In this document: positions 35,101 through 47,830 of the stretch, in pieces
How the letters are laid out: every line of letters starts with the position of its first letter
How positions within the stretch are numbered: position 1 is the first letter of the stretch
Source of the DNA: Eledone cirrhosa
Lineage: Eukaryota
DNA length: 64,000 nucleotides
Assembly (NCBI GenBank): GCA_964016885.1
Contig: OZ024743.1
Location: forward strand, 132,556,001 to 132,620,000
Direction: 5' to 3'
The notes under the pieces: generated by a model
Seen by the model: the letters and a program-made list of their open reading frames with translations, nothing else
Databases searched by the model: none
Told to the model about the DNA's origin: nothing
Translations under genes and position numbers: made by a program

Positions 35101-37830
35101 TTGGTGCTTGGTGTTTGGTGTTTGGTGCTTGGTGCTTGGTGCTTGGTGTTTGGTGCTTGGTGTCTGGTGCTTGGTGTCTGGTGCTTGGTGTTTGGTGTTT
35201 GGTGTTTGGTGCTTGGTGTTTGGTGTTTGGTGTTTGGTGTTTGGTGCTTGTTGCTTGGTGCTTGGTGCTTGGTGTTTGGTGCTTGGTGCTTGGTGTTTGG
35301 TGCTGGGTGCTTGGTGTTTGGTGCTTGGTGCTTGGTGTTTGGTGTTTGGTGCTTGGTGCTTGGTGTTTGGTGTTTGGTGTTATATGCTTGGGGTTTGGTG
35401 CTTGGTGCTTGGTGTTTGGTGTTTGGTTCTTGATGCTTGGTATTTGGTGCTTGGTGCTTGCTGCTTGGTGTTTGGTGCTTGGTGATTGATGCTTGGTGTT
35501 TGGTGCTTGGTGCTTGGTGTTTGGTTTTTGGTGCTAGGTGCTTGGTGCTTGGTGTTTGGTGCTTGGTGTTTGGTGTTTGGTGCTTGGTGCTTGGTGTTTG
35601 GTACTTGGTGCTTGGTGCTTGGTGTTTGGTGCTTGGTGCTTGGTGTTTGGTGTTTGGTGTTTGGTGCTTGGTGCTTGGTGTTTGGTGCTTGGTGCTGGGT
35701 GGTTGGTGTTTGGTGCTTGGTGCTTGGTGTTTTGTGCTAGGTGCATGGTGCCTGGTGTTTGGTGCTTGGTGCTTGGTGCTTGGTCTTTGGTGTTTGGTGT
35801 TTAGTGCTTGGTGCTTGGTGCTTGGTGCTTGGTGCTTGGTGCTTGGTCCTTGGTGTTTGGTGTTTGGTGCTTGGTGTTTGGTGTTTGGTGCTTGGTGCTT
35901 GGTGCTTTGTGTTTGGTGTTTGGTGCTTGGTGTCTGGAGCTTGGTGTTTGGTGTTTGGTGCTTGGTGTTTGGTGTTTGGTGCTTGGTGCTTGGTGTTTGG
36001 TGCTTGGTGCTTGGTACTTGGTGTTTGGTGCTTGGTGCTTGGTGCTTGGTCTTTGGTGCTTGGTGTTTGGTGTTTGGTGCTTGGTGCTTTGTGTTTGGTG
36101 CTTGGTGATTAGTGTTTGGTGCTTGGTACTTGGTGTTTGGTGCTTGGTGTTTGGTGTTTGCTGTTTGGTGTTTGGTGTTTGCTGTTTGCTGTTTGGTGTC
36201 TGCTTTTTGGTGTTTGGTGTTTGCTGTATGGTGTTTGCTGTTTCGTGTTTGGTGTTTGCTGTTTGGTGTTTGGTGTTTGCTGTTTGGTGTTTGGTCTTTG
36301 GTGCTTGGTGTTTGGTGCTTGGTGCTTGGTGTTTGGTGTTTGGTGCTTGGTGCTTGGTGCTTGGTGTTTGGTGCTTGGTGTCTGGTGCTTGGTGTCTGGT
36401 GCTTGGTGTTTGGTGTTTGGTGTTTGGTGCTTGGTGTTTGGTGTTTGGTGTTTGGTGTTTGGTGCTTGTTGCTTGGTGCTTGGTGCTTGGTGTTTGGTGC
36501 TTGGTGCTTGGTGTTTGGTGCTGGGTGCTTGGTGTTTGGTGCTTGGTGCTTGGTGCTTGGTGTTTGGTGTTTGGTGCTTGGTGCTTGGTGTTTGGTGTTT
36601 GGTGTTATATGCTTGGTGTTTGATGCTTGGTGCTTGGTGCTTGGTGTTGGTGTTTGGTGCTTGGTGTTTTATGCTTGGTGTTTGATGTTTGGTGCTTGGT
36701 GCTTGGTGTTTCTACTTGGTGCTTGGTGCTTGCTGTTTGGTTCTTGGTTCTTGGTGTTTGGTACTTGGTGCTTGGTGCTTGGTGTTTGGTGCTTGGTGCT
36801 TGGAGTTTGGTGTTTGGTGCTTGGTGCTTGGTGTTTTGTGTTTGGTGTTTGGTTTTTGGTGCTTGGTGCTTGGTGCTTGGTCCTTGGTGTTTGGTGCTTG
36901 GTGCTTGGTGTTTGTACTTGGTGCTTGGTGCTTGGTGTTTGGTTCTTGGTTCTTGGTGTTTGGTACTTGGTGCTTGGTGCTTGGTGTTTGGTGCTTGGTG
37001 CTTGGTGTTTGGTGTTTGGTGTTTGGTGCTTGGTGCTTGGTGTTTGGTGCTTGGTGCTTGGTGCTGGGTGGTTGGTATTTGGTGCTTGGTGCTTGGTGTT
37101 TGGTGCTTGGTGCTTGGTGCTTGGTGTTTGGTGCTTGGTGCTTGGTGCTTGGTCTTTGGTGCTTGGTGTTTGGTGTTTGGTGCTTGGTGCTTTGTGTTTG
37201 GTGCTTGGTGATTAGTGTTTGGTGCTTGGTACTTGGTGTTTGGTGCTTGGTGTTTGGTGTTTGCTGTTTGGTGTTTGGTGTTTGGTGTTTGCTGTTTGGT
37301 GTCTGCTTTTTGGTGTTTGGTGTTTGCTGTATGGTGTTTGCTGTTTCGTGTTTGGTGTTTGCTGTTTGGTGTTTGGTGTTTGCTGTTTGGTGTTTGGTCT
37401 TTGGTGCTTGGTGTTTGGTGCTTGGTGCTTGGTGTTTGGTGTTTGGTGCTTGGTGTTTGGTGTTTGGTACTTGGTGCTTGGTGCTTGGTGTTTGGTGCTT
37501 GGTGTCTGGTGCTTGGTGTCTGGTGCTTGGTGTTTGGTGTTTGGTGTTTGGTGCTTGGTGTTTGGTGTTTGGTGTTTGGTGTTTGGTGCTTGTTGCTTGG
37601 TGCTTGGTGCTTGGTGTTTGGTGCTTGGTGCTTGGTGTTTGGTGCTGGGTGCTTGGTGTTTGGTGCTTGGTGCTTGGTGTTTGGTGTTTGGTGCTTGGTG
37701 CTTGGTGTTTGGTGTTTGGTGTTATATGCTTGGTGTTTGGTGCTTGGTGCTTGGTGTTTGGTGTTTGGTTCTTGATGCTTGGTATTTGGTGCTTGGTGCT
37801 TGCTGCTTGGTGTTTGGTGCTTGGTGATTG
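26177..37830 (+). repeat. Three-copy higher-order block with offsets 3,560 and about 4,490 bp
   Basis: ORF starts 26858/30418/34908, 27387/30947/35437, 28062/31622/36112 and 29166/32726/37215. The private variant CTTGAAGTTTGG occurs at about 26435, 29988 and 34485. Confidence 0.88.
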
Positions 37831-40800
37831 ATGCTTGGTGTTTGGTGCTTGGTGCTTGGTGTTTGGTTTTTGGTGCTAGGTGCTTGGTGCTTGGTGTTTG
37901 GTGCTTGGTGTTTGGTGTTTGGTGCTTGGTGCTTGGTGTTTGGTACTTGGTGCTTGGTGCTTGGTGTTTGGTGCTTGGTGCTTGGTGTTTGGTGTTTGGT
38001 GTTTGGTGCTTGGTGCTTGGTGTTTGGTGCTTGGTGCTGGGTGGTTGGTGTTTGGTGCTTGGTGCTTGGTGTTTTGTGCTAGGTGCATGGTGCCTGGTGT
38101 TTGGTGCTTGGTGCTTGGTGCTTGGTCTTTGGTGTTTGGTGTTTAGTGCTTGGTGCTTGGTGCTTGGTGCTTGGTGCTTGGTGCTTGGTCCTTGGTGTTT
38201 GGTGCTTGGTGCTTGGTGTTTGGTGTTTGGTGCTTGGTGTCTGGAGCTTGGTGTTTGGTGTTTGGTGCTTGGTGTTTGGTGTTTGGTGCTTGGTGCTTGG
38301 TGTTTGGTGCTTGGTGCTTGGTGCTTGGTGTTTGGTGCTTGGTGCTTGGTGCTTGGTCTTTGGTGCTTGGTGTTTGGTGTTTGGTGCTTGGTGCTTTGTG
38401 TTTGGTGCTTGGTGATTAGTGTTTGGTGCTTGGTACTTGGTGTTTGGTGCTTGGTGTTTGGTGTTTGCTGTTTGGTGTTTGGTGTTTACTGTTTGATGTT
38501 TGGTGTCTGCTTTTTGGTGTTTGGTGTTTGCTGTATGGTGTTTGCTGTTTCGTGTTTGGTGTTTGCTGTTTGGTGTTTGGTGTTTGCTGTTTGGTGTTTG
38601 GTCTTTGGTGCTTGGTGTTTGGTGCTTGGTGCTTGGTGTTTGGTGTTTGGTGCTTGGTGCTTGGTGCTTGGTGTTTGGTGCTTGGTGTCTGGTGCTTGGT
38701 GTCTGGTGCTTGGTGTTTGGTGTTTGGTGTTTGGTGCTTGGTGTTTGGTGTTTGGTGTTTGGTGTTTGGTGCTTGTTGCTTGGTGCTTGGTGCTTGGTGT
38801 TTGGTGCTTGGTGCTTGGTGTTTGGTGCTGGGTGCTTGGTGTTTGGTGCTTGGTGCTTGGTGCTTGGTGTTTGGTGTTTGGTGCTTGGTGCTTGGTGTTT
38901 GGTGTTTGGTGTTATATGCTTGGTGTTTGATGCTTGGTGCTTGGTGCTTGGTGTTTGGTGCTTGGTGCTTGGTGTTTCTACTTGGTGCTTGGTGCTTGGT
39001 TCTTGGTGTTTGGTGCTTGGTGCTTGGTGCTTGGTGTTTGGTGCTTGGTGTTTGGTGCTTGGTGTTTGGTGCTTGGTGCCTGGTGCTTGGTGCTTGGTGC
39101 TTGGTGTTTGGTGCTTGGTGTTTGGTGCTTGGTATTAGGTGTTTGGTGCTTGGTGCTTGGTGTTTGGTGTTTGGTGCTTGGTGTTTGGTGCTTGGTGTTT
39201 GGTGTTTGGTGCTTGGTGTTTGGTGCTTGGTACTTGGTGCTTGGTGCTTGGTGTTAGGTGTTTGGTGCTTGGTGCTTGGTGTTTGGTTTTTGGTGCTTGG
39301 TGCTTGGTGTTTGGTGTTTGGTGCTTGCTGCTGGCTGCTTGGTGTTTGGTGCTTGGTGATTGGTGCTTGGTGTTTGGTGCTTGGTGTTTGGTGTTTGGTA
39401 CTAGGTGCTTGGTGCTTGGTGTTTGGTGCTTGGTGCTTGGTGTTTGGTGTTTGGTGATTAGTGCTTGGTGTTTGGTGCTTGGTGCAGGGTTCTGGGTGGT
39501 TGGTGTTTGGTGCTTGGTGTTTGGTGCCGGGTGCTTGGTGTTTGGTGCTTGGTGCTTGGTCTTTGGTGTTTGGTGTTTGGTGTTTGGGGCTTGGTGCTTG
39601 GTGCTTGGTGTTTGGTGCTTGGTGCTTGGTGTTTGGTGCTTGGTGCTTAGTGTTTGGTGCTAGGTGCTTGGGGTTTGGTGTTTGGTGCTTGGTGCTTGGT
39701 GTTTGGTGCTTGGTGCTTGGTGTTTGGTGTTTGGTGCTTGGTGCTTGGTGTTTGGTGTTTCCTGTTTGCTGTTTGGTGTTTGGTGTTTGGTGTTTGCTGT
39801 TTGGTGTCTGCTTTTTGGTGTTTGGTGTTTGCTGTATGTTATTTGCTGTTTGGTGTTTGGTGTTTGGTGTTTGGTGCTTGGTGCTTGGTGTTTGGTGCTT
39901 GGTGCTTGGTGTTTGGTGCCTGGTGCTTGGGGCTTGGTGTTTGGTGTTTGGTGCTTGGTGCTTGGAGTTTGGTGTTTGGTGCTTGGTGCTTGGTGTTTTG
40001 TGTTTGGTGTTTGGTTTTTGGTGCTTGGTGCTTGGTGCTTGGTGCTTGGTCCTTGGTGTTTGGTGCTTGGTGCTTGGTGTTTGTACTTGGTGCTTGGTGC
40101 TTGGTGTTTGGTTCTTGGTTCTTGGTGTTTGGTACTTGGTGCTTGGTGTTTGGTGCTTGGTGCTTGGTGTTTGGTGTTTGGTGTTTGGTGCTTGGTGCTT
40201 GGTGTTTGGTGCTTGGTGCTTGGTGCTGGGTGGTTGGTATTTGGTGCTTGGTGCTTGGTGTTTGGTGCTTGGTGCTTGGTGCTTGGTGTTTGGTGCTTGG
40301 TGCTTGGTGCTTGGTTTTTGGTGCTTGGTGTTTGGTGTTTGGTGCTTGGTGCTTTGTGTTTGGTGCTTGGTGATTAGTGTTTGGTGCTTGGTACTTGGTG
40401 TTTGGTGCTTGGTGTTTGGTGTTTGCTGTTTGGTGTTTGGTGTTTGGTGTTTGCTGTTTGGTGTCTGCTTTTTGGTGTTTGGTGTTTGCTGAATGGTGTT
40501 TGCTGTTTCGTGTTTGGTGTTTGCTGTTTGGTGTTTGGTGTTTGCTGTTTGGTGTTTGGTCTTTGGTGCTTGGTGTTTGGTGCTTGGTGCTTGGTATTTG
40601 GTGTTTGGTGCTTGGTGTTTGGTGTTTGGTGCTTGGTGCTTGGTGCTTGGTGTTTGGTGCTTGGTGTCTGGTGCTTGGTGTCTGGTGCTTGGTGTTTGGT
40701 GTTTGGTGTTTGGTGCTTGGTGTTTGGTGTTTGGTGTTTGGTGTTTGGTGCTTGTTGCTTGGTGCTTGGTGCTTGGTGTTTGGTGCTTGGTGCTTGGTGT

Positions 40801-43800
40801 TTGGTGCTGGGTGCTTGGTGTTTGGTGCTTGGTGCTTGGTGTTTGATGTTTGGTGCTTGGTGCTTGGTGTTTGGTGTTTGGTGTTATATGCTTGGTGTTT
40901 GGTGCTTGGTGCTTGGTGTTTGGTGTTTGGTTCTTGATGCTTGGTATTTGGTGCTTGGTGCTTGCTGCTTGGTGTTTGGTGCTTTGTGATTGATGCTTGG
41001 TGTTTGGTGCTTGGTGCTTGGTGTTTGGTTTTTGGTGCTAGGTGCTTGGTGCTTGGTGTTTGGTGCTTGGTGTTTGGTGTTTGGTGCTTGGTGCTTGGTG
41101 TTTGGTACTTGGTGCTTGGTGCTTGGTGTTTGGTGCTTGGTGCTTGGTGTTTGGTGTTTGGTGTTTGGTGCTTGGTGCTTGGTGTTTGGTGCTTGGTGCT
41201 GGGTGGTTGGTGTTTGGTGCTTGGTGCTTGGTGTTTTGTGCTAGGTGCATGGTGCATGGTGTTTGGTGCTTGGTGCTTGGTGCTTGGTCTTTGGTGTTTA
41301 GTGTTTAGTGCTTGGTGCTTGGTGCTTGGTGCTTGGTGCTTGGTGCTTGGTCCTTGGTGTTTGGTGCTTGGTGCTTGGTGTTTGGTGTTTGGTGCTTGGT
41401 GCTTGGTGCTTCGTGTTTGGTGTTTGGTGCTTGGTGTCTGGAGCTTGGTGTTTGGTGTTTGGTGCTTGGTGTTTGGTGTTTGGTGCTTGGTGCTTGGTGT
41501 TTCGTGCTTGGTGCTTGGTGTTTGTACTTGGTGCTTGGTGCTTGGTGTTTGGTGCTTGGTTCTTGGTGTTTGGTGCTTGGTGTTTGGAGCTTGGTGCTTG
41601 GTGTTTGGTGCTTGGTGCTTGGTGTTTGTACTTGGTGCTTGTTGCTTGGTGTTTGGTGCTTGGTTCTTGGTGTTTGGTGCTTGGTGTTTGGAGCTTGGTG
41701 CTTGGTGTTTGGTGCTTGCTGCCTGGTGTTTGGTGTTTGGTGCTTGGTGCTTGGTGTTTGGTGTTTGGTGCTTGGTGTTTGGTGTTTGGTGCTTGGTGCT
41801 TGGTGTTTGTTGCTTGGTACTTGGTGCATGGTGTTTGGTGCTGGGTGCTTGGTGTTTTGTGCTTGGTTCTTGGTGTTTGGTGTTTGGTGCTTGGTACTTG
41901 GTGTCTGGAGCTTGGTGTTTGGTGTTTGGTGCTTGGTGTTTGGTGCTTGGTGCTTGGTGTTTGGTGTTTGGTGTTTGATGCTTGGTGTTTTATGCTTGGT
42001 GCTTGGTGTTTGGTGCTTGGTGTTTGTATTTGTTGCTTGGTGCTTGGTGTTTTGTGCTTGGTTCTTGGTGTTTGGTGTTTGGTGCTTGGTACTTGGTGCT
42101 TGGTGTTAGGTGTTTGGTGCTTGGTGCTTGGTGTTTGGTGTTTGGTCCTTGGTGCTTGGTGCTTGGTGTTTAGTGCTTGGTGCTTGGTGTTTGTTGTTTG
42201 GTGCTTTCTGTTTGCTGCTTGGTGTTTGCTGCTTGGTGCTTGGTGCTTGGTGTTTGGTGTTTGGTGCTAGGTGCTTGGTGTTTGGTGTTTGGTGTTTGAT
42301 GCTTGGTGTTTGGTGCTTGGTGTTTGGTGCTTGGTGCTTGGGGCTTGGTGTTTGGTGCTTGGTGCTTGGTGCTTGGTGTTTGGTGCTTGGTGCTTGGTGT
42401 TTGGTGTTTGGTGTTTGGTGCTTGGTGCTTGGTGTTTGGTGCTTGGTGCTTGGTGCTGGGTGGTTGGTATTTGGTGCTTGGTGCTTGGTGTTTGGTGCTT
42501 GGTGCTTGGTGCTTGGTGTTTGGTGCTTGGTGCTTGGTGCTTGTCTTTGGTGCTTGGTGTTTGGTGTTTGGTGCTTGGTGCTTTGTGTTTGGTGCTTGGT
42601 GATTAGTGTTTGGTGCTTGGTACTTGGTGTTTGGTGCTTGGTGTTTGGTGTTTGCTGTTTGGTGTTTGGTGTTTGGTGTTTGCTGTTTGGTGTCTGCTTT
42701 TTGGTGTTTGGTGTTTGCTGTATGGTGTTTGCTGTTTCGTGTTTGGTGTTTGCTGTTTGGTGTTTGGTGTTTGCTGTTTGGTGTTTGGTTTTTGGTGCTT
42801 GGTGTTTGATTCTTGGTGATTGGTGTTTGGTGTTTGGTGCTTGGTGCTTGGTGCTTGGTGTTTGGTGCTTGGTGCTTGGTGTTTGGTGTTTGGTGTTTGG
42901 TGCTTGGTGCTTGGTGTTTGGTGCTTGGTGCTGGGTGGTTGGTGTTTGGTGCTTGGTGCTTGGTGTTTCGTGCTAGGTGCATGGTGCTTGGTGTTTGGTG
43001 CTTGGTGCTTGGTGCTTGGTCTTTGGTGTTTGGTGTTTAGTGCTTGGTGCTTGGTGCTTGGTGCTTGGTGCTTGGTCCTTGGTGTTTGGTGCTTGGTGCT
43101 TGGTGTTTGGTGTTTGGTGCTTGGTGCTTGGTGCTTCGTGTTTGGTGTTTGGTGCTTGGTGTCTGGAGCTTGGTGTTTGGTGTTTGGTGCTTGGTGTTTG
43201 GTGTTTGGTGCTTGGTGCTTGGTGTTTGGGGCTTGGTGCTTGGTGTTTGTACTTGGTGCTTGGTGCTTGGTGTTTGGTGCTTGGTTCTTGGTGTTTGGTG
43301 CTTGGTGTTTGGAGCTTGGTGCTTGGTGTTTGGTGCTTGGTGCTTGGTGTTTGTACTTGGTGCTTGGTGCTTGGTGTTTGGTGCTTGGTTCTTGGTGTTT
43401 GGTGCTTGGTGTTTGGAGCTTGGTGCTTGGTGTTTGGTGCTTGGTGCTTGGTGTTTGGTGTTTGGTGCTTGGTGCTTGGTGTTTGGTGTTTGGTGCTTGG
43501 TGTTTGGTGTTTGGTGCTTGGTGCTTGGTGTTTGTTGCTTGGTACTTGGTGCATGGTGTTTGGTGCTGGGTGCTTGGTTTTTTGTGCTTGGTTCTTGGTG
43601 TTTGGTGTTTGGTGCTTGGTACTTGGTGTTTGGTGTTTGGTGTTTGTATTTGGTGCTTGGTGCTTGGTGTTTTGTGCTTGGTTCTTGGTGTTTGGTGTTT
43701 GATGCTTGGTGTTTTATGCTTGGTGCTTGGTGTTTGGTGCTTGGTGTTTGTATTTGGTGCTTGGTGCTTGGTGTTTTGTGCTTGGTTCTTGGTGTTTGGT

Positions 43801-44829
43801 GTTTGGTGCTTGGTACTTGGTGCTTGGTGTTAGGTGTTTGGTGCTTGGTGCTTGGTGTTTGGTGTTTGGTCCTTGGTGCTTGGTGCTTGGTGTTTAGTGC
43901 TTGGTGCTTGGTGTTTGTTGTTTGGTGCTTTCTGTTTGCTGCTTGGTGTTTGCTGCTTGGTGCTTGGTGCTTGGTGTTTGGTGTTTGGTGCTAGGTGCTT
44001 GGTGTTTGGTGTTTGGTGTTTGATGCTTGGTGTTTGGTGCTTGGTGTTTGGTGCTTGGTGCCTGGGGCTTGGTGTTTGGTGCTTGGTGCTTGGTGCTTGG
44101 TGTTTGGTGCTTGGTGCTTGGTGTTTGGTGTTTGGTGTTTGGTGCTTGGTGCTTGGTGTTTGGTGCTTGGTGCTTGGTGCTTGGTGCTGGGTGGTTGGTA
44201 TTTGGTGCTTGGTGTTTGGTGTTTGGTGCTTGGTGCTTGGTGCTTGGTGTTTGGTGCTTGGTCCTTGGTGCTTGGTCTTTGGTGCTTGGTGTTTGGTGTT
44301 TGGTGCTTGGTGCTTTGTGTTTGGTGCTTGGTGATTAGTGTTTGGTGCTTGGTACTTGGTGTTTGGTGCTTGGTGTTTGGTGTTTGCTGTTTGGTGTTTG
44401 GTGTTTGGTGTTTGCTGTTTGGTGTCTGCTTTTTGGTGTTTGGTGTTTGCTGTATGGTGTTTGCTGTTTCGTGTTTGGTGTTTGCTGTTTGGTGTTTGGT
44501 GTTTGCTGTTTGGTGTTTGGTCTTTGGTGCTTGGTGTTTGGTGCTTGGTGCTTGGTGTTTGGTGTTTGGTGCTTGGTGCTTGGTGCTTGGTGTTTGGTGC
44601 TTGGTGTCTGGTGCTTGGTCTCTGGTGCTTGGTGTTTGGTGTTTGGTGTTTGGTGCTTGGTGTTTGGTGTTTGGTGTTTGGTGTTTGGTGCTTGTTGCTT
44701 GGTGCTTGGTGCTTGGTGTTTGGTGCTTGGTGCTTGGTGTTTGGTGCTGGGTGCTTGGTGTTTGGTGCTTGGTGCTTGGTGCTTGGTGTTTGGTGTTTGG
44801 TGCTTGGTGCTTGGTGTTTGGTGTTTGGT

Positions 44830-47800
44830 GTTATATGCTTGGTGTTTGATGCTTGGTGCTTGGTGCTTGGTGTTTGGTGTTTGGTGCTTGGTGTTTTATG
44901 CTTGGTGTTTGATGTTTGGTGCTTGGTGCTTGGTGTTTGGTGCTTGGTGCTTGGTGTTTGTACTTGGTGCTTGGTGCTTGGTTCTTGGTGTTTGGTGCTT
45001 GGTGCTTGGTGCTTGGTGCTTGGTGTTTGGTGCTTGGGGTTTGGTGCTTGGTGTTCGGTGCTTGCTGCCTGGTGCTTGCTGCTTGGTGCTTGGTGTTTGG
45101 TGCTTGGTGTTTGGTGCTTGGTATTAGGTGTTTGGTGCTTGGTGCTTGGTGTTTGGTGTTTGGTGCTTGGTGTTTGGTGCTTGGTGTTTGGTGTTTGGTG
45201 CTTGGTGTTTGGTGCTTGGTACTTGGTGCTTGGTGCTTGGTGTTAGGTGTTTGGTGCTTGGTGCTTGGTGTTTGGTTTTTGGTGCTTGGTGCTTGGTGTT
45301 TGGTGTTTGGTGCTTGCTGCTGGCTGCTTGGTGTTTGGTGCTTGGTGATTGGTGCTTGGTGTTTGGTGCTTGGTGTTTGGTGTTTGGTACTAGGTGCTTG
45401 GTGCTTGGTGTTTGGTGCTTGGTGCTTGGTGTTTGGTGTTTGGTGCTTGGTGCTTGGTGTTTGGTGCTTGGTGCTGGGTTCTGGGTGGTTGGTGTTTGGT
45501 GCTTGGTGTATGGTGCTGGGTGCTTGGTGTTTGGTGCTTGGTGCTTGGTCTTTGGTGTTTGGTGTTTGGTGTTTGGGGCTTGGTGCTTGGTGCTTGGTGC
45601 TTAGTGTTTGGTGCTAGGTGCTTGGGGTTTGGTGTTTGGTGCTTGGTGCTTGGTGTTTGGTGCTTGGTGCTTGGTGTTTGGTGTTTGGTGCTTGGTGCTT
45701 CGTGTTTGGTGTTTCCTGTTTGCTGTTTGGTGTTTGGTGTTTGGTGTTTGCTGTTTGGTGTCTGCTTTTTGGTGTTTGGTGTTTGCTGTATGTTATTTGC
45801 TGTTTGGTGTTTGGTGTTTGGTGTTTGGTGCTTGGTGCTTGGTGTTTGGTGCTTGGTGCTTGGTGTTTGGTGCCTGGTGCTTGGGGCTTGGTGTTTGGTG
45901 TTTGGTGCTTGGTGCTTGGAGTTTGGTGTTTGGTGCTTGGTGCTTGGTGTTTTGTGTTTGGTGTTTGGTTTTTGGTGCTTGGTGCTTGGTGCTTGGTGCT
46001 TGGTCCTTGGTGTTTGGTGCTTGGTGCTTGGTGTTTGTACTTGGTGCTTGGTGCTTGGTGTTTGGTTCTTGGTGCTTGGTGTTTGGTACTTGGTGCTTGG
46101 TGCTTGGTGCTTGGTGTTTGGTGTTTGGTGCTTGGTGTTTGGTGCTTGGTGCTTGGTGCTTGGTGTTAGGTGTTTGGTGCTTGGTGCTTGGTGTTTGGTG
46201 CTTGGTGATTGATGCTTGGTGTTTGGTACTTGGTGCTTGGTGTTTGGTTTTTGGTGCTAGGTGCTTGGTGCTTGGTGTTTGGTGCTTGGTGTTTGGTGTT
46301 TGGTGCTTGGTGCTTGGTGTTTGGTGTTTGGTGTTATATGCTTGGTGTTTGATGCTTGGTGCTTGGTGCTTGGTGTTTGGTGTTTGGTGCTTGGTGTTTT
46401 ATGCTTGGTGTTTGATGTTTGGTGCTTGGTGCTTGGTGTTTGGTGCTTGGTGCTTGGTGTTTGTACTTGGTGCTTGGTGCTTGGTTCTTGGTGTTTGGTG
46501 CTTGGTGCTTGGTGCTTGGTGCTTGGTGTTTGGTGCTTGGGGTTTGGTGCTTGGTGTTCGGTGCTTGCTGCCTGGTGCTTGCTGCTTGGTGCTTGGTGTT
46601 TGGTGCTTGGTGTTTGGTGCTTGGTATTAGGTGTTTGGTGCTTGGTGCTTGGTGTTTGGTGTTTGGTGCTTGGTGTTTGGTGCTTGGTGTTTGGTGTTTG
46701 GTGCTTGGTGTTTGGTGCTTGGTACTTGGTGCTTGGTGCTTGGTGTTAGGTGTTTGGTGCTTGGTGCTTGGTGTTTGGTTTTTGGTGCTTGGTGCTTGGT
46801 GTTTGGTGTTTGGTGCTTGCTGCTGGCTGCTTGGTGTTTGGTGCTTGGTGATTGGTGCTTGGTGTTTGGTGCTTGGTGTTTGGTGTTTGGTACTAGGTGC
46901 TTGGTGCTTGGTGTTTGGTGCTTGGTGCTTGGTGTTTGGTGTTTGGTGCTTGGTGCTTGGTGTTTGGTGCTTGGTGCTGGGTTCTGGGTGGTTGGTGTTT
47001 GGTGCTTGGTGTATGGTGCTGGGTGCTTGGTGTTTGGTGCTTGGTGCTTGGTCTTTGGTGTTTGGTGTTTGGTGTTTGGGGCTTGGTGCTTGGTGCTTGG
47101 TGCTTAGTGTTTGGTGCTAGGTGCTTGGGGTTTGGTGTTTGGTGCTTGGTGCTTGGTGTTTGGTGCTTGGTGCTTGGTGTTTGGTGTTTGGTGCTTGGTG
47201 CTTGGTGTTTGGTGTTTCCTGTTTGCTGTTTGGTGTTTGGTGTTTGGTGTTTGCTGTTTGGTGTCTGCTTTTTGGTGTTTGGTGTTTGCTGTATGTTATT
47301 TGCTGTTTGGTGTTTGGTGTTTGGTGTTTGGTGCTTGGTGCTTGGTGTTTGGTGCTTGGTGCTTGGTGTTTGGTGCCTGGTGCTTGGGGCTTGGTGTTTG
47401 GTGTTTGGTGCTTGGTGCTTGGAGTTTGGTGTTTGGTGCTTGGTGCTTGGTGTTTTGTGTTTGGTGTTTGGTTTTTGGTGCTTGGTGCTTGGTGCTTGGT
47501 GCTTGGTCCTTGGTGTTTGGTGCTTGGTGCTTGGTGTTTGTACTTGGTGCTTGGTGCTTGGTGTTTGGTTCTTGGTGCTTGGTGTTTGGTACTTGGTGCT
47601 TGGTGCTTGGTGCTTGGTGTTTGGTGTTTGGTGCTTGGTGTTTGGTGCTTGGTGCTTGGTGCTTGGTGTTAGGTGTTTGGTGCTTGGTGCTTGGTGTTTG
47701 GTGCTTGGTGATTGATGCTTGGTGTTTGGTACTTGGTGCTTGGTGTTTGGTTTTTGGTGCTAGGTGCTTGGTGCTTGGTGTTTGGTGCTTGGTGTTTGGT

Positions 47801-47830
47801 GTTTGGTGCTTGGTGCTTGGTGTTTGGTAC
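44830..47830 (+). repeat. Tandem duplication with a 1,503-bp period
   Basis: ORF pairs 44916/46419, 45128/46631, 45394/46897 and 45618/47121. Boundaries are approximate. Confidence 0.85.
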
